Shown piece by piece: positions 11,814 through 24,679 of a stretch of DNA of 64,000 nt (position 1 is the stretch's first letter; each line of letters opens with the position of its first letter). A program made the position numbers and the translations under genes. Below the pieces are notes generated by a model. The model was given only the letters and a program-made list of their open reading frames with translations. It was not told the DNA's origin and searched no databases. Origin of the DNA: Azolla caroliniana (taxonomy: Eukaryota > Plantae > Polypodiophyta); NCBI GenBank assembly GCA_043228905.1, contig JBHGNT010000003.1:10664001-10728000 (forward strand), read 5' to 3'.

Positions 11814-13490
11814 TCTGGTAGAACTCCTTGGACATCAAGTTGATCTCTGATCCATGATCAATCAATGCAACTACGGGCTCTTTAATGTTTCCAATCCGAA
11901 CCGGAGTCTCCGTAGTTGGCCGTGCCTAGTGTGGCTTTGTGTAGTGGGAGTTAGGAATCTCATCCTCCACTTCCATGTCATTCATTAGAACGGTATTCGC
12001 ATTCAACCTCAGAGCATTCGATTCTTCCATAGCTTGCCTCTTTCTCTTCACGAGATCCATGAGGAGATCGTGGAACTCTTTCTTTGCTATTCTGAGCAAT
12101 TCCTTGAGAGAAAATTCCATCCGACTTTCAAGGATTCTCTCTTCAAACACCTTCTTTAGATCCATCTGTTGTTCGATATCCGACACGAGTTTGAATGCCG
12201 GAATCATTTCTCCTTTCCCTTTTCCTTTGGAATTCCAGCGCTCTAGTGTCTTCGATGGTCCGACCGCATCATCTGTGTGCCGTCGTTTCTCATCTATATA
12301 CACCTCATGTAATTGGCATATGGTGTAAATGCTATTCTTGTCTATAGGGCACTCCCATCTCGTAGCTTCTTGGATGCCTTCCGTAGTGTTTCAGATCTCA
12401 TCAAAGTCGGTTTTCTTGGAGATTTCTAGCATTTTCGGCCAGAAAGACGACTTCGCTCTAGATGTTTCACCCGCACGTATTTCCACGGTTGTCGCATAAT
12501 TGCTTTTTGCCGAAATCTCCTCCTCTAGGACCTCATGCCGTCTTTTCAGAAATTTGGCCAAAGTGGCTTTCGATGGTCCATTGAATGGATCCGATTTCCC
12601 TCATAATAGATGAGATCCTGTCGTAGAGCCTCCTTCTGCTCATCGCAATCTTTCCGATCATGTTTGGTGCTATAACACCATATGCATCGACGATCCATAT
12701 ACTTGGAACTTGTGGGACGGTCTTCCGACATCATCACCATCACAATTTTGAGATTCTCCATCTCCTTCAGCAATTGCTCCACCGTGGTTGCATCAATTCC
12801 CTTATCGGTCGTAGTCTCCTGAGCCCATGGTTGATGGTCTTCCAATCCGGCTCTTGGTCTCGGAATTGGTTCCGAGACCCTCTTTTCTTCATTACCAAGC
12901 CATTGCCCCCTCTTTGTGTATCACGGAACGATGTCCTGCACGTTTTCCCATGTATTGGTGCCGCCACTCTCGGTAGTCGTATCCTCTAGAAGCACTCCAA
13001 GATCTTTCTAGTGCCGGATGTCCACGGCTCGTAATAACATGATCACTTTGTCCGGTGTGAGGATAGCTTGATATCTCGCGAACAATCTCCTGTATCGACT
13101 TTCGAACGCCGAAAACACATCGAGGACCTTCAATCCCTTATCCGGTGTTTCCACCCAATCTTCGAATCCCCTCCCCGTTGCATTCGAAGAGTTCTCGATA
13201 GAGAATGTAGTCTTCAACGTTTCTTCAAACACTTCCCACGTCGGATTTTGTTGTTGTATCCTACCCATCCTTCCTGTTAAATTGCCCGTTCCGTTGCACA
13301 AGTTGCTCTCCTGCAGCCACAATCTCCAACATCGCGTGTTGTTCTTGTAGCATCCGCTCGAACATTGTCATCATGTTGTTAGCCTCTTGTTGATTCTCCA
13401 TCTCCTTACCACCCATTTTCATGTCGGGTTCCCCAATTGTGTGGTGCCTTTCAACGCCGGATCGTTGTGTGAGTCGGAAGGAAATCAACG
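11814..13490 (-). mobile_element. Ty3/gypsy gag-protease fragment related to the 29354-36279 element
   Basis: Minus-strand ORFs DLKKVFEERILESRMEFSLKELL, RCIWC..HDRKDC and EPVVALIDHGSEINLMS align by eye with the gag/PR at 30053-31995. Confidence 0.85.
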
Positions 13491-14222
13491 AGGTTATGGA
13501 CTAGGAGGAGGAGAGTTTTAAGACTAATTAGAATATGTGTATACTATAAGAAAGAGCTATCAAAAACTCGCAAATCACAAGAGTGTATTTTATTATGTTA
13601 ATCAACCCTTAGAATTCTAATAAATTTGATTAGATTAGAAAAGATAGATCGAAAATTGGGAATCACCTGAATATAGTCAATTTGATCAATATTTAGAAAT
13701 ACAAATCAACAACCATTACAATTTACTCCCTCCATCCTTATATATTGATGGGAGAGACTAAGTATATCCTACTACATGCAAGCATGATGCTTTTTCTCTA
13801 ACTCGAGTGGTCATGCACAGTAGATGTCCTAGCTTTTTCTATCATACTTTTTCTTTTTTAACCCAAGTGTTCTTGCACACTCGATGTAGATGAAGCACTT
13901 TCTATCATGCCTTTTCTTTTAACTCGAGTTTATGTATGAATGACCTTTCTATCATGCTTATCTAGAATATTTACGTGAGATAAAGTTTTACATAACTAAA
14001 ATCTATAACTTTAATGCTCATAATGTGTTAGTACAATGTTAGGGCTTGGAATTGTTAACATGGAGGTATAGGGTTCAAATCTAGCCCTATGCATGTAATA
14101 TAATTATTTTAGTAATTTCTCCTATTTCTTTATACTTAGTCAATCAGGTATTCTACACATATTTTACATAGTGTACAAAGCACAATACGACAACGTAAAG
14201 GCGATGGGCTTGGATCAAGATA

Positions 14223-14312
14223 CCACGCGCGCTGATACCATGTAAAGAAGGTGAGACGTAGGTGGTGCTATGCAACGGAGGCGAACTATGTGAGTGGGTG
14301 AGTATATGTAAG

Positions 14313-14358
<46 letters not shown>

Positions 14359-14535
14359 CTATATTCACATAAAGCAATATTACATCCAATAGTAACTAAG
14401 TTACAAAAGGTTGGTTTAAATACCAATTGATCTAGGGCAAGTGCCATTTCTACTAATTACAAAACTAGCTTAGTATGATGTCCACTGGCTAGTGTGAACA
14501 CTTTCCCTATGAGAAGTTGAGTTCGATTCTCAACA
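14223..14535 (-). mobile_element. Copia 5' LTR (14241-14535) with tRNA-Met-type PBS
   Basis: Minus strand TGTTGAGAATCGAACTCAACTT...TTTACA followed by TGGTATCAGCGC. The LTR start matches the LTR at 50495. Confidence 0.75.
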
Positions 14536-16059
14536 AAAGCTGATTGCAAAAGGAAAATGCCAAGGAAGAATGTTTGTTTTAGATCTGAATATGCCTAAAA
14601 TGACTACAACCATGTTGCAGGAGGATTGAATGTAATCTTAGATCTAGAAATGTTGCATAAACAAATGGGACAAATAAGTATGCAAACTTTACAAAATATG
14701 TTGAAAAAAAATGTAGTGGCTGGGCTACCAAAGTTGAAAGACTATGAGATGAGCAAAATATGTGAAGCATGTCAATATGGAAAGAAAAATGGGTTGCTTT
14801 TCCCTCATGAAGGACATATAAATAAAAACCTGTTGAATTTGGTACATACAGATGTGTGGGGACCTACAAAAATGCCTCAATTGGTGGCTGTAGGTTTTAT
14901 GTAACATTAATTGATGATTGCTTAAAGAAAACATGGGTTTACTTCATGAAAAATAAAAGAAAAGTATTTGAATGTTTTCGTAAGTTCAAATGCATGGTAG
15001 AAAATCAAGCCGGAAATAGGATAAAATGCTTAAGGTCTAGAAACATGGAAGATGTAGATTCATATGTATCATTGGATGATGACTTGGGTACACAAGCCTT
15101 GAATATCCCTGGTATTGAAAAAGCACTGAAATATGCAAATCAGAAATTGAGAAGATTAGGTAGAGAGAAAAAAAACTACTGAAAGATATGGTTATGATAC
15201 CTACATGGCTATGAATTATGCATATATGTCTAAAGTGGTACAAATATCTGATCCAAATAGTTTTGATGAAGCAAAAACCGAGAAAAAATGGGTGAATGCA
15301 ATGCAAGGAGAAATTGATGAACTGGTTGAAAATAAAAGCACATCAGTTTATGCAGTAGCCCACAATGCCACATCTGGACTGCATTAGAAGAATCTTGAGG
15401 TATGTAAAAGCTACTCAAAACTATGGGCTATTTTACAAGGCTGATCTGGACATAAAGGTAGAAGGATATATAGATGTTGATTGGGTTGGAAGTCAAACTG
15501 ATAGAAGATCCAATAGTGGATATATGTTTACATTGGGAAGTGCAGCTATTTCATGGAGTAGCAAGAAACAAGCTATAGTTGCATTATCAAGTACTGAAGC
15601 TGAATATAGAGGAGCTACAATCGCTACATGTGAGGAAGTATGGATCAAAAGTTTGCTTCGTGATATGGGAGAGTATATAGATGGTGCAACCACAATTTGG
15701 TGTGACAATATTGTTGAGCGAGCAAGCTCAACCGGATCCGGATCGGTTTCCGGATAGTACAGTAACCATTCGGTTAAGTGCGTGTCCAATTAAGTGTGCC
15801 ATTCTATTAAGTGCACTTTTTTTTATAGATGTCAAATTCCTGTTCAAAAAAATTACATTGTTTTATGACAAAATACATTGAACCAAATGGAAACTATGTT
15901 CCAAAAATTCAAAAAACAACAAAATCATCAATAAAAATCAGATTTCTAAGTTCTTTCACAATTTCATACCAACATCATGTTTGGTCATTTGCCTACTTTT
16001 AGCGAGAACTTACAAAAAATGGCAAAAATTGAACAAAAATAGGATTTCTATGTCTTTTG

Positions 16060-17831
16060 CTATTTCATAACAAAATCATGTAAGGTCATTTGCCTACTTT
16101 TAACGATACGCTTAGAAACAATGACAGAATTTGCTTCTTGAATAATTCTACGAGCACTCGATAAAGCTGATTTTACTTGATTTGCTTTCTCGGAACTCAA
16201 ATAAGTTGTTGTCATTATCGAGTTGAGCATGAGTTCGGTATCAACAATATTTTGCAATACTTTAGGGTATCAACAATATTTTGCAATACTTCAGGAATAA
16301 TCACATCTTCTTGCTTTAAGCATCCATGCATATCTTGCATCTCAACAAACTCAGAGTCTGAATCATTTTCATCATATGCAAGTGGTTCATTGGTGTTGGA
16401 TGCTTGCGCTATAACTTCATCAATCTCTTCAAGGAGATTTTGATTTAGTTTTTCTGATTCATTTGCATCTGCATTGACACATTCCATGATTTCCTCTCGA
16501 ATTTCTTCTACATTATGTGCATTCTCAAGCAAACTGCAGTTACATAACAAAGCAACAAGATCATCAAGGCATTGATCTTCCATTTCAACAACTTCAACAT
16601 CATTAATGCGGAATGATGGAATAATATCTACCTTTCTATAGCAATTAAAAAATGTTTCTTGCTTGATCTCATTCCAAGCAATAACAATGAGATTGGCAGC
16701 ATCTAGCAAATGTGTCGACTTTCCAAAAGTTAAACCAATAGAACCTCTTCTCATTCATTTAGCAACATCCTCCAAACGAATCTTAACATTTTCTGGACTA
16801 TCATGATATGTCAAAATTTCTCTTATCAAACGATATTTGTACCTCTTTTTCAACGCTGCAATAACTCCCATATCCATTGGTTGCTTCCATGATGTGACAT
16901 TGGCTGGGAAAAAAATCACTTTGATAGCATCACGCTCAAATGTTTCGGCATGACCAGGAGCATTATCAAGGATTAGAAGCACTTTGCGATTAGTTCGAGA
17001 ACGAACAAAAGGTACAAACACATGATCAAACCACTTATTAAAAGTAGGGATATCAATCCAAGCATTTTTTTGTGCTAAATAGGGTAATGGCCAAGAATTT
17101 CCAACAATACAAGCTGGTTCCTTAGCCTTTCCAATCATTGTAATGGGAACTTTTTCAGTTCCAGTCGCATTACAACAAACAACTAAGGTAACTCTATCTA
17201 GCAATTTTTTCCTACCTCGAATTGTTGTAGGATCTTCACTAGGCAAAAGCACTGTATATCTTGGAACTAATCGAAAAAATAAGCCTGTTTCATCCATATT
17301 GTAAACACAACTAGCATCATACTCATTGATTATAGCATAGAGCCTTTCCAAAGAAGCCAACAATTCATTTCGATTAACTGCCCCTCCTTCGCCATACAAA
17401 CTAATAGTATTCAAACATTGGCGATGATGAAATTTCCTAAACCAACCCCAAGTTGCTTTGAAATCATCATCACAAATATTCATTTGTGTAGGCAATCGCC
17501 GAGCCTTCTCCATAATAACTGATGGAGGCAATGCAATTGACAATTGACGAGATGCATCAATCCAAGCATACAAGCGTTCCTATAATTCTGGATATTTCCC
17601 TTTGGATCCCCTAAAAGTTGTTTTCCTTGTATTATGATCTTTTAATTGGACACACATTCGTATCTCATCCTTCTTCTCGATCAAACTTCTAATCGCTGAT
17701 TCACTTACACCAAAATTTCTACCTATGTTGCGAAGAGAAGGAGCCAATGGTTGTTCCACTATCTCCAAAATTTGTAGCCTTTGTTCATCATTCAAACGAG
17801 GTCCAGCACCTCGCTTATGGGTTGAATTCAT
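16060..17831 (-). pseudogene. pogo-like transposase (CENP-B-type HTH + DDE_1), disrupted
   Basis: ORFs 17580-17831, 16755-17573 and 16215-16754 share one frame, separated by two stops. Motifs VYNMDETGLFF, LLILDNAPGH, QPMDMGVI. A 29-bp duplication near 16240-16290 shifts the C-terminus (16060-16257) out of frame. Confidence 0.93.
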
Positions 17832-17879
17832 CTCTGTAATAAGGCTAATGAGCTAATTTCACATTGACTTATATCTATT

Positions 17880-19369
17880 ATTTTCTAATTCCCTAAACCG
17901 TCAATCTAATTTATGAACCCAATCAACAAATGTACTCAAATTCAATAGTAAAAATAGCAAAATACATTCACATACTCATCCACAATCAAATTATTTTCTA
18001 ATTCCCTAAACCCGCAATCTAATTTATGAATCTAATCAACAAGTGTACTTGAATTCATTAGTAAAAACAACACAAATACATTCACATACTCATCCACAAT
18101 CAAATTATTTTCTAATTCCCTAAACCCGCAATCTAATTTATGAACCTAATCAACAAATGTACTTGAATTTAGCAATAAAAACAGCAAAATACATTCACAT
18201 ACTCATCCACTATCAACTTTTTTTCTAATTCCCTAAACTCGCAATTTAATTTATGAACCTAATCAACAAATTTACTCGAATTCAGCAGTAAAAACAACAA
18301 AATACATTCACATACTCATCCACTATCAATTTTTTTTCTAATTCCCTAAACCCACAATCTAATTTATGAACCTAATCAACAAATGTACTCGAATTCAGCA
18401 GTAAAAACAACAAAATACATTCATATACCCATCCACTACCAACTTTTTTTCTAATTCCCTAAACTCGCAATCTAATTTATGAACCTATTCAACAAATTTA
18501 CTCGAATTCAGTAGTAGAAACAACAAAATACATTCACATATTCATCCATTATCAATTTTTTTTCTAATTCCCTAAACCTACAATCTAATTTATGAACCTA
18601 ATCAACAAATTTACTCGAATTCAGCAGTAAAAACAACAAAATACATTCACATACTCATCCACTATCAACTTTTTTTCTAATTCCCTAAACTCGCAATCTA
18701 ATTTATGAACCTATTCAACAAATTTACTCGAATTCAGCCGTAGAAACAACAAAATACATTCACATATTCATCCATTATCAATTTTTTTTCTAATTCCCTA
18801 AACCCACAATCTAATTTATGAACCTAATCAACAAATTTATTCGAATTCAGCAGTAAAAACAACAAAATACATTCACATACTCATCCACTATCAACTTTTT
18901 TTCTAGTTCTCTAAACTCGCAATCTAATTTATGAACCTATTCAACAAATTTACTCGAATTCAGCAGTAAAAACAGCAAAATACATTCACATACTCATCCA
19001 TTATCAATTTTTTTTCTAATTCCCTAAACCCACAATCTAATTTATGAACCTAATCAACAAATTTATTCGAATTCAGCAGTAAAAACAACAAAATACATTC
19101 ACATACTCATCCACTATCAATTTTTTTTCTAATTACCTAAACCCGCAGTCTAATTTATGAACCTATTCAACAAATTTACTCAAATTCAGCAGTAAAAACA
19201 ACAAAATACATTCATATACCCATCCACTATCAATTTTTTTTCTAATTCCCTAAACCCGCAATCTAATTTATGAACCTAATCAACAAATTTACTCGAACTC
19301 AACAGTAAAAAGAGCACAAATACATCCACATACTCATCCACAATGAAATTATTTTTTAATTCCCTAAAC
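17880..19369. repeat. ~113-bp tandem repeat, about 13 copies, inside pogo upstream of the transposase
   Basis: Unit ttttctaattccctaaacccgcaatctaatttatgaacctaatcaacaaatttactcgaattcagcagtaaaaacaacaaaatacattcacatactcatccactatcaa, counted via 14 CTAAAC landmarks (the last partial). Confidence 0.95.
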
Positions 19370-20559
19370 ATTTGGCCTTAAAAAACCTGAAAATGCGCAG
19401 AAACTCTACATACCCGAAGAAGACTGTAGGTGCACAATAGTGTCTTGAGCAACAATGTGGTGAAGCAGCAACCTTGTGACCAGCTACATGGGATTGATTA
19501 AGGTGCAAAGAGGGTCTGATCGGTGGCTGTTGGGGCTACGCTTACTCAAATGTGCAGAGAAAACAAAAATTGGGGGAATTTTTTTTTGTGTGTAAAAAGC
19601 CCTAAGTGCGTGGCTCGATTAAGTGCGCACCTTTTCCTTCAGATCAAAGTGCGCACTTAACCGAATGTTTACTATATCCGAAACTAGGAGCCGGATCGGG
19701 ATTGGGGAGCCGGACCCACGTGTGTACCGGTAGGACATTTAGAGGTCTACGCTTCTAGCCTACTAGGTAGTCATGGTCCTCGTAGTTAGTGTCAGCCGCT
19801 CATATGAGCATTGAAGTACATAGTACTTCTGTCAGTTCCTTGTGGACTTGTATAAAGAGTGCTCATTGAGCACATCCTATGTACAAAGTATTATTTTTTA
19901 ATATAGTTTATGCTATTATGCTCTCTTTGTTTCTCCGACTCTCTATTTGTGTCTTGTAAGGTTTCCATTAAACCTGTACTCTCTCTATTGCTATCCGGCT
20001 GAACCGGTTTGTCATAAGCTTCCACATATTAACTTTTTCAAATATGAGTAGTATTTAGCTCGCAAAAAACCCAGTCTTGCATGCAAGAACAAAGCACATT
20101 GAAGTGCATTATCACTTTGTTAGAGAAAAAGTGATTAATGGAGAAGTAGATCTGTTGTATGTAAGTACAAATCAGCATGTTGCTGACGTTCTTACGAAGG
20201 GACTGAGCATAGAAAAACATACACAATTTAGGGACATGATGGGAATTATAAGCATTGATATGATAGCTGGAAAGCATGATGGAAAAGAAGACTGAAGATG
20301 ATCTCAAGAGTGGATAAGTTGAGCTTGAGGGGGAGTGTTAAGAAACAAGCTCAAGAAAAGCAATGTGATCCTTATTAGTAGCTGAGATCTTCCGTAGTAG
20401 CTATTGGGAAATTAGCTACTATTAGACATATCGATAAAACAACTATTTAGCTACTCATAGCTAATTAGCCGAATATGTAAGTCACTTATATACTTAGGTA
20501 AAAAAAGTAAGAGTAAGTAGTAGAGAGAAGTAACAAAACAGAGAGAGATGTTTTTTTTA

Positions 20560-22870
20560 TGCGAAATGAAAGAGAAGTGTTTTGGGCTGCTACAGAGGTG
20601 AGTTCCCTTCTCCCTTTCCTTTCTCTCTTGAAACCTAAATGATCCTAAGAAGAGCCGTAGCGCCTTCGTAACAAGCCTAAGCAAAGACCAAGTGTGCAAA
20701 GGGGAGATCGACCGAGACCAATCCAAGGAGTTGACAAGTTGGCCTTGTCGGAGGTTGAAGCAATGCGGGCCGGTGAGCCTAGAGGAAGTCTGAGGACGAG
20801 AAGTGTCCTCCACACCTGTTCCAGAGACTTCGACAGTTTAGCCCGTGTGCTGACATCAGAGAGATGGAAGGTGGTGGTGAGGAGACCTGGCATGATGGTA
20901 GCGAGGATAGAGGAGAAGAAGAGCTCTCCACACTTGTTCCGAAGACTTCGGCGATCAGGCCCGAGAGCCAACGTGAGACGAGAGAGATGGAAGGTGGCGG
21001 CGAGGAGACCTGACACGATGCTAGAGTACACGGAAGAGTGGTGTCCTATGAGGAGGCCAAGGACGAAGACATAGAAGAACAAGCTTATGATGAAAGGGGT
21101 GGCACCGCAGAGAGAAGAGTTGGAGGACGGCCTGACCCGGAGACGATCTGGTCAGCATTCCGATTTGAATGGAGTGCAATCCGGACATGGATTGCTCGAG
21201 CAGAACCAGCCTGACATGCATTTAATCAGTCAAACCAAAGCAAAGAGGTAGGCAAGAATGATCGATTGAGGATGGGTTTGGACAAAGATCAAATGTGCCG
21301 AGATCTGGATGGCCAAGCCGAACTGACGTCGAACTAAGCTGGTCGGGGGTCGGAGCAGCCAATGGATACGAAGAAGGACCAAGAGGGATCCTCCACACCT
21401 GATCTTGAGACTCGGTAGTTGCGGATAAATGTAAGACCGAGAAGACGGAGGGTGGCGGCAAGGAGTATGAGGTCGTAGCAAGCGAAGGCACCAGAAGAAG
21501 CATACGGGGCGTTGTGGAGGAAGATGGAGGCCCAATGGGCCAATCGGTTCAAACGGGTGTTGCACAGGATGAGATGTCAATATCAGAGACTGTGAAGGAC
21601 ACTGAAGTGGACATGGATGTCAATGTAGAAGTGTACCTTGCCAAAAGATTACACACAGAAGGAAGAAACGAGAGACGTGCAATGCAGCCATGTAAAGGCT
21701 AGAGACGAGCATTGAGGAGATCGACGTTGGTGGGAAGCAGGAAGAAGATTTGCATGCGACGTTGCCGGATCAACGAGCAAGGTTGAGGTGCATAAGGAAC
21801 GGTTTCTGACAGACGGTCGAAGTGGTTGGGCGTCCGGACGAAGGTCATGCACTGAGAATGAAGGAAGACGCATCAGGTTGGTAACGACATTCGGGATATC
21901 TGGTCCTACTAACTAGAGAATGGTTGAGAATTAGGTTGGCCTGAGAGTCAACATTTCGGGACCGACAACGATAGATGAAGAATTCGGGTGTCGGGTCAGC
22001 AACAGAACTGGTTGATCACCTTTGCCGGAAACCCAATCTTCTCTTCCCTTTCTTGGCACATTCCGGCGGATGTGCAGTTTGGTGGGGTTGGATGTCGTGA
22101 AGATTTCTAGCGATAGTGAGAAAACTAGGTGGAATGAGCGAAGTCGGTGATGTGCACCGTGTGCACATATGCATTACGAAATGCAAATAAAAATGAAAAG
22201 GAGAAAAGGAAGGGTGCAAAAGGGCACCGGTAGAGTTAATGAGAGGAATGAGTGTGATGTGTACAACGGTCGACATGCACAATTATAGGGTAGTAGGGAA
22301 TGTGAAAGTGAGGGGCATTAAATGTACTTCTCCCATCACCACTCTGGATATCGAGGCAAGTATCTCCTTGAAAAGGGGGATATTTGATCGACTTGTAACG
22401 TACCTCCCTTTTTGAGCTATAAAGGGAGAGAGAGGTCTCTTGTAAAAGGGGTTCCTCGGTTTTGTTAGTTCCCCGTTTTAGGTTTCGGTAGTTTATTATC
22501 TCTCTGTTGTTTAGCTTACCGTTGTTTGATAGAGTTCGGGGTTCCATTTTTGTTAGGGTTATTTCAGCTAGAGCTAGCATGCTTTGAGGGTTTTGGTTCT
22601 GCACTGTCTTCTACGCAATGACTCCATTCGGTGCGGCGAGCTCGAGAGCTCCTCGAATGGAAACTTGCTAACAGAAGGTCGTTGTATTCTAGTGTACTCT
22701 CTCTGGCCTGAAGCCCGGAGGTGTGTTGTGTTGTTTCTATACATAAATATGTACAAAGGGTTGTCTATATTTTTCTTTGTCGGTGTCGAATGTGTTTCTC
22801 TTCCTTTCCGGTTTTTGTACATAGGAAGCGTGTATTGTGTAAGTGTTGCGGGTGTGCCAGGGGCACAAGA
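20560..22870 (+). mobile_element. Gypsy 3' internal region plus truncated 3' LTR (22093-22870), TGTCGTGAAG lineage
   Basis: ccggcggatgtgcagtttggtggggttgga|TGTCGTGAAG parallels ccggtggatgcgcggttaggtgggggcaga|TGTCGTGAAG at 35535. TATA context gagctataaagggagag matches 29567. The left boundary is uncertain. Confidence 0.65.
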
Positions 22871-23440
22871 CCGGGACATTTGAAACAGGTAATCTATCGC
22901 ATTTTGGGAACTGCCCATAAAAAAATGACACAAATTAGGGTGATTCACAAAAAGGGGTGCCACTATTCATTTCTAACATGTACGAAAATTTAGGTGTTCA
23001 AAACAATGCTTAAATAATGGACATGCCAAACTTACAAATAAATGTCCAAAATGACTATCACCAATATTTATAGAAATTCATGAATCCAAATCTTGATGTA
23101 CAATACAATAATTAAAGTTAACATATAAGAACAATCGTTTTCCAAGTTTATGCCATCATCTTCATACCCATCAAATGAACAAGTAGGAGTTTGTGAGGTC
23201 TAATCCTCATCATCAATGGCAACTAATGCATTATCTTCATCCAATTGCAATTCAACCTCATCATGGTTATGAGTCATGCATCTTGTTTGTCTTTGTGTTG
23301 TGTCTGGAGCCACATTCGGGATCCTCTTTTAGTATCTTCATTGTCGTCTGTCGTAGATAGCCTGTTTTGGTCAAAGATAAGTCATACACCACTATATAAA
23401 CATTATCCAATTTGAGAGTAGATGTGCTTGATGCATTCTT
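22871..23440 (-). mobile_element. Terminus of an unclassified element (CCGGGACATTTGAAACAGG family) with a decayed gene 3' end
   Basis: Terminal motif shared with 52783 and 62034. Minus-strand remnant VYDLSLTKTGYLRQTTMKILKED plus an acidic tail points toward the terminus. Confidence 0.55.
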
Positions 23441-23619
23441 TCTTTTTCACTTTTTGTTTATGATATTTAATTATGTACTTTCTATTTATGATATTTGATT
23501 ATGTGAGAGAAACCTGCAAGCTACCATTTATTCTACCAAAAGCATTAGAATCTAAAAAATGTCGTAAAGATGATTTTTTGTTTTCTTAGATTCTCATAGT
23601 AAGCCTTTGATATCAAACA

Positions 23620-24677
23620 AAAATCCAATGCATTCCATCTTGATTTGATGCACTATGTCAAATTTTACTCTATACATCTAGAATTCGATGTAGTGCATCG
23701 AATTCTTGTTGTAAGTCTTGGATTTTTAAAAATTTTCCTTTTGAAAAAAACTCTTGGATTTTCAACTGAGGCCCAATGCATTACATCGAATTCTAGCTAT
23801 ATAGACTAAAATAAGATACATTGCATTGGATTTCAGTTAAAAATTCACATTAAAAAATGAAAAAAAAATAAATAAAAAATAAAAAATGTTTTTTTAAAAA
23901 CAATCTTGGATTTTTAACTCAAATCCAATGCATTGCATTTTATTTTAGTGTATACATCCAGAATCTGATGCATTGCATCAAATTTCAGTTGAAAATCCGC
24001 AATTTGTTTATTTGTTTTCATTATTTATTTATTTATTCATTTTTTCCATAACAAAATAAAAAATAAAAAAATTGAAAAGATGTATTATCAATTGAAATTC
24101 AATGTATTGCAACGAATTTTATTCTATACAACTAGAATCCGATGTAATGCATTGTATTCCATGAAAAAAATGGATTTTCAACTGAAATATGATGCACTGC
24201 ATCGGATTTTAGTCCATACAGCTAGAATTTGATGTAGTGCATCGGATTTCAGTTGAAAATCCATTTAAAAATATTTTTTAAATGTTTTTAATTTTTTTCC
24301 ATAAAAAAATAAATAAAAATGAAAAATATAGATTTTCAACTAAAATCCGATGTACTACATCGGATTTTAGTCTATAGAGTTAGAATCCGATGCAGTGCAT
24401 CAAATTTCAGTTGAAAATCCATTTTTTTTAAATTTTAATTTTTTTTCATAAATAAATAAATAAAAATTGAAAAAAGTGGATTTTCAATTGAAATCCAATG
24501 CAATGCATTAGATGTTGGTGGAAAACTGAGTTTTTAAAACAAATTCTTATTTGTTTTTACTTTTTCCACAAAACATTTAAAAAAAATCTTGGATTTGCAA
24601 TTGGAATCCAATGCAGTGCATCGAATTCGTGTTGGAAATCCAAGAATTTCTTATTTTCAACGATTGGGCATTTACCC
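23620..24677. repeat. Array of ~88-bp nested hairpin units with A/T spacers (foldback/MULE-like)
   Basis: Consensus GATTTTCAACTGAAATCCGATGCACTGCATCGGATT-loop-AATCCGATGCAGTGCATCGGATTTCAGTTGAAAATC; clearest copies at 24173-24261 and 24331-24419; ends at GGGCATTTACCC. Confidence 0.8.
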
Positions 24678-24679
24678 AT

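Larger units (their letters stand above)
15760..19674 (-). mobile_element. pogo/Tigger-type (IS630-Tc1-mariner superfamily) DNA transposon, full length
   Basis: 23-bp TIRs CAGTAACCATTCGGTTAAGTGCG / CGCACTTAACCGAATGTTTACTA; TA TSD at 15758-15759 and 19675-19676; internal transposase. Confidence 0.95.
15712..20040 (+). mobile_element. Copia solo LTR (split by pogo) with 5-bp TSD AATAT
   Basis: TGTTGAGCGAGCAAGCTCAACC start, ...TTTTCA end. AATAT at 15707-15711 and 20041-20045. Similar to the LTRs at 7808, 27940 and 59536. Confidence 0.92.
14536..20560 (+). mobile_element. Internally deleted Ty1/copia remnant (GAG-pre-INT, INT, RNase H, PPT, LTR from 20336), interrupted by a solo LTR and pogo
   Basis: [44 protein letters not shown] at 15698-15709 resumes at 20041 as MSSI*LAKNPVLHARTKHIEVHYHF. 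PPT at 20327-20335. The right LTR boundary is uncertain. Confidence 0.85.

Noticed and set aside
17880-19369. Possible CRISPR-like array or telomere
   Set aside because: Units are contiguous with no unique spacers and no cas genes. CCCTAAA occurs once per unit, not in tandem.
23620-24677. Palindromic repeats with variable spacers as a CRISPR array
   Set aside because: Spacers are low-complexity A/T runs related to each other, repeats are degenerate ~88-mers, and the context is eukaryotic TE.
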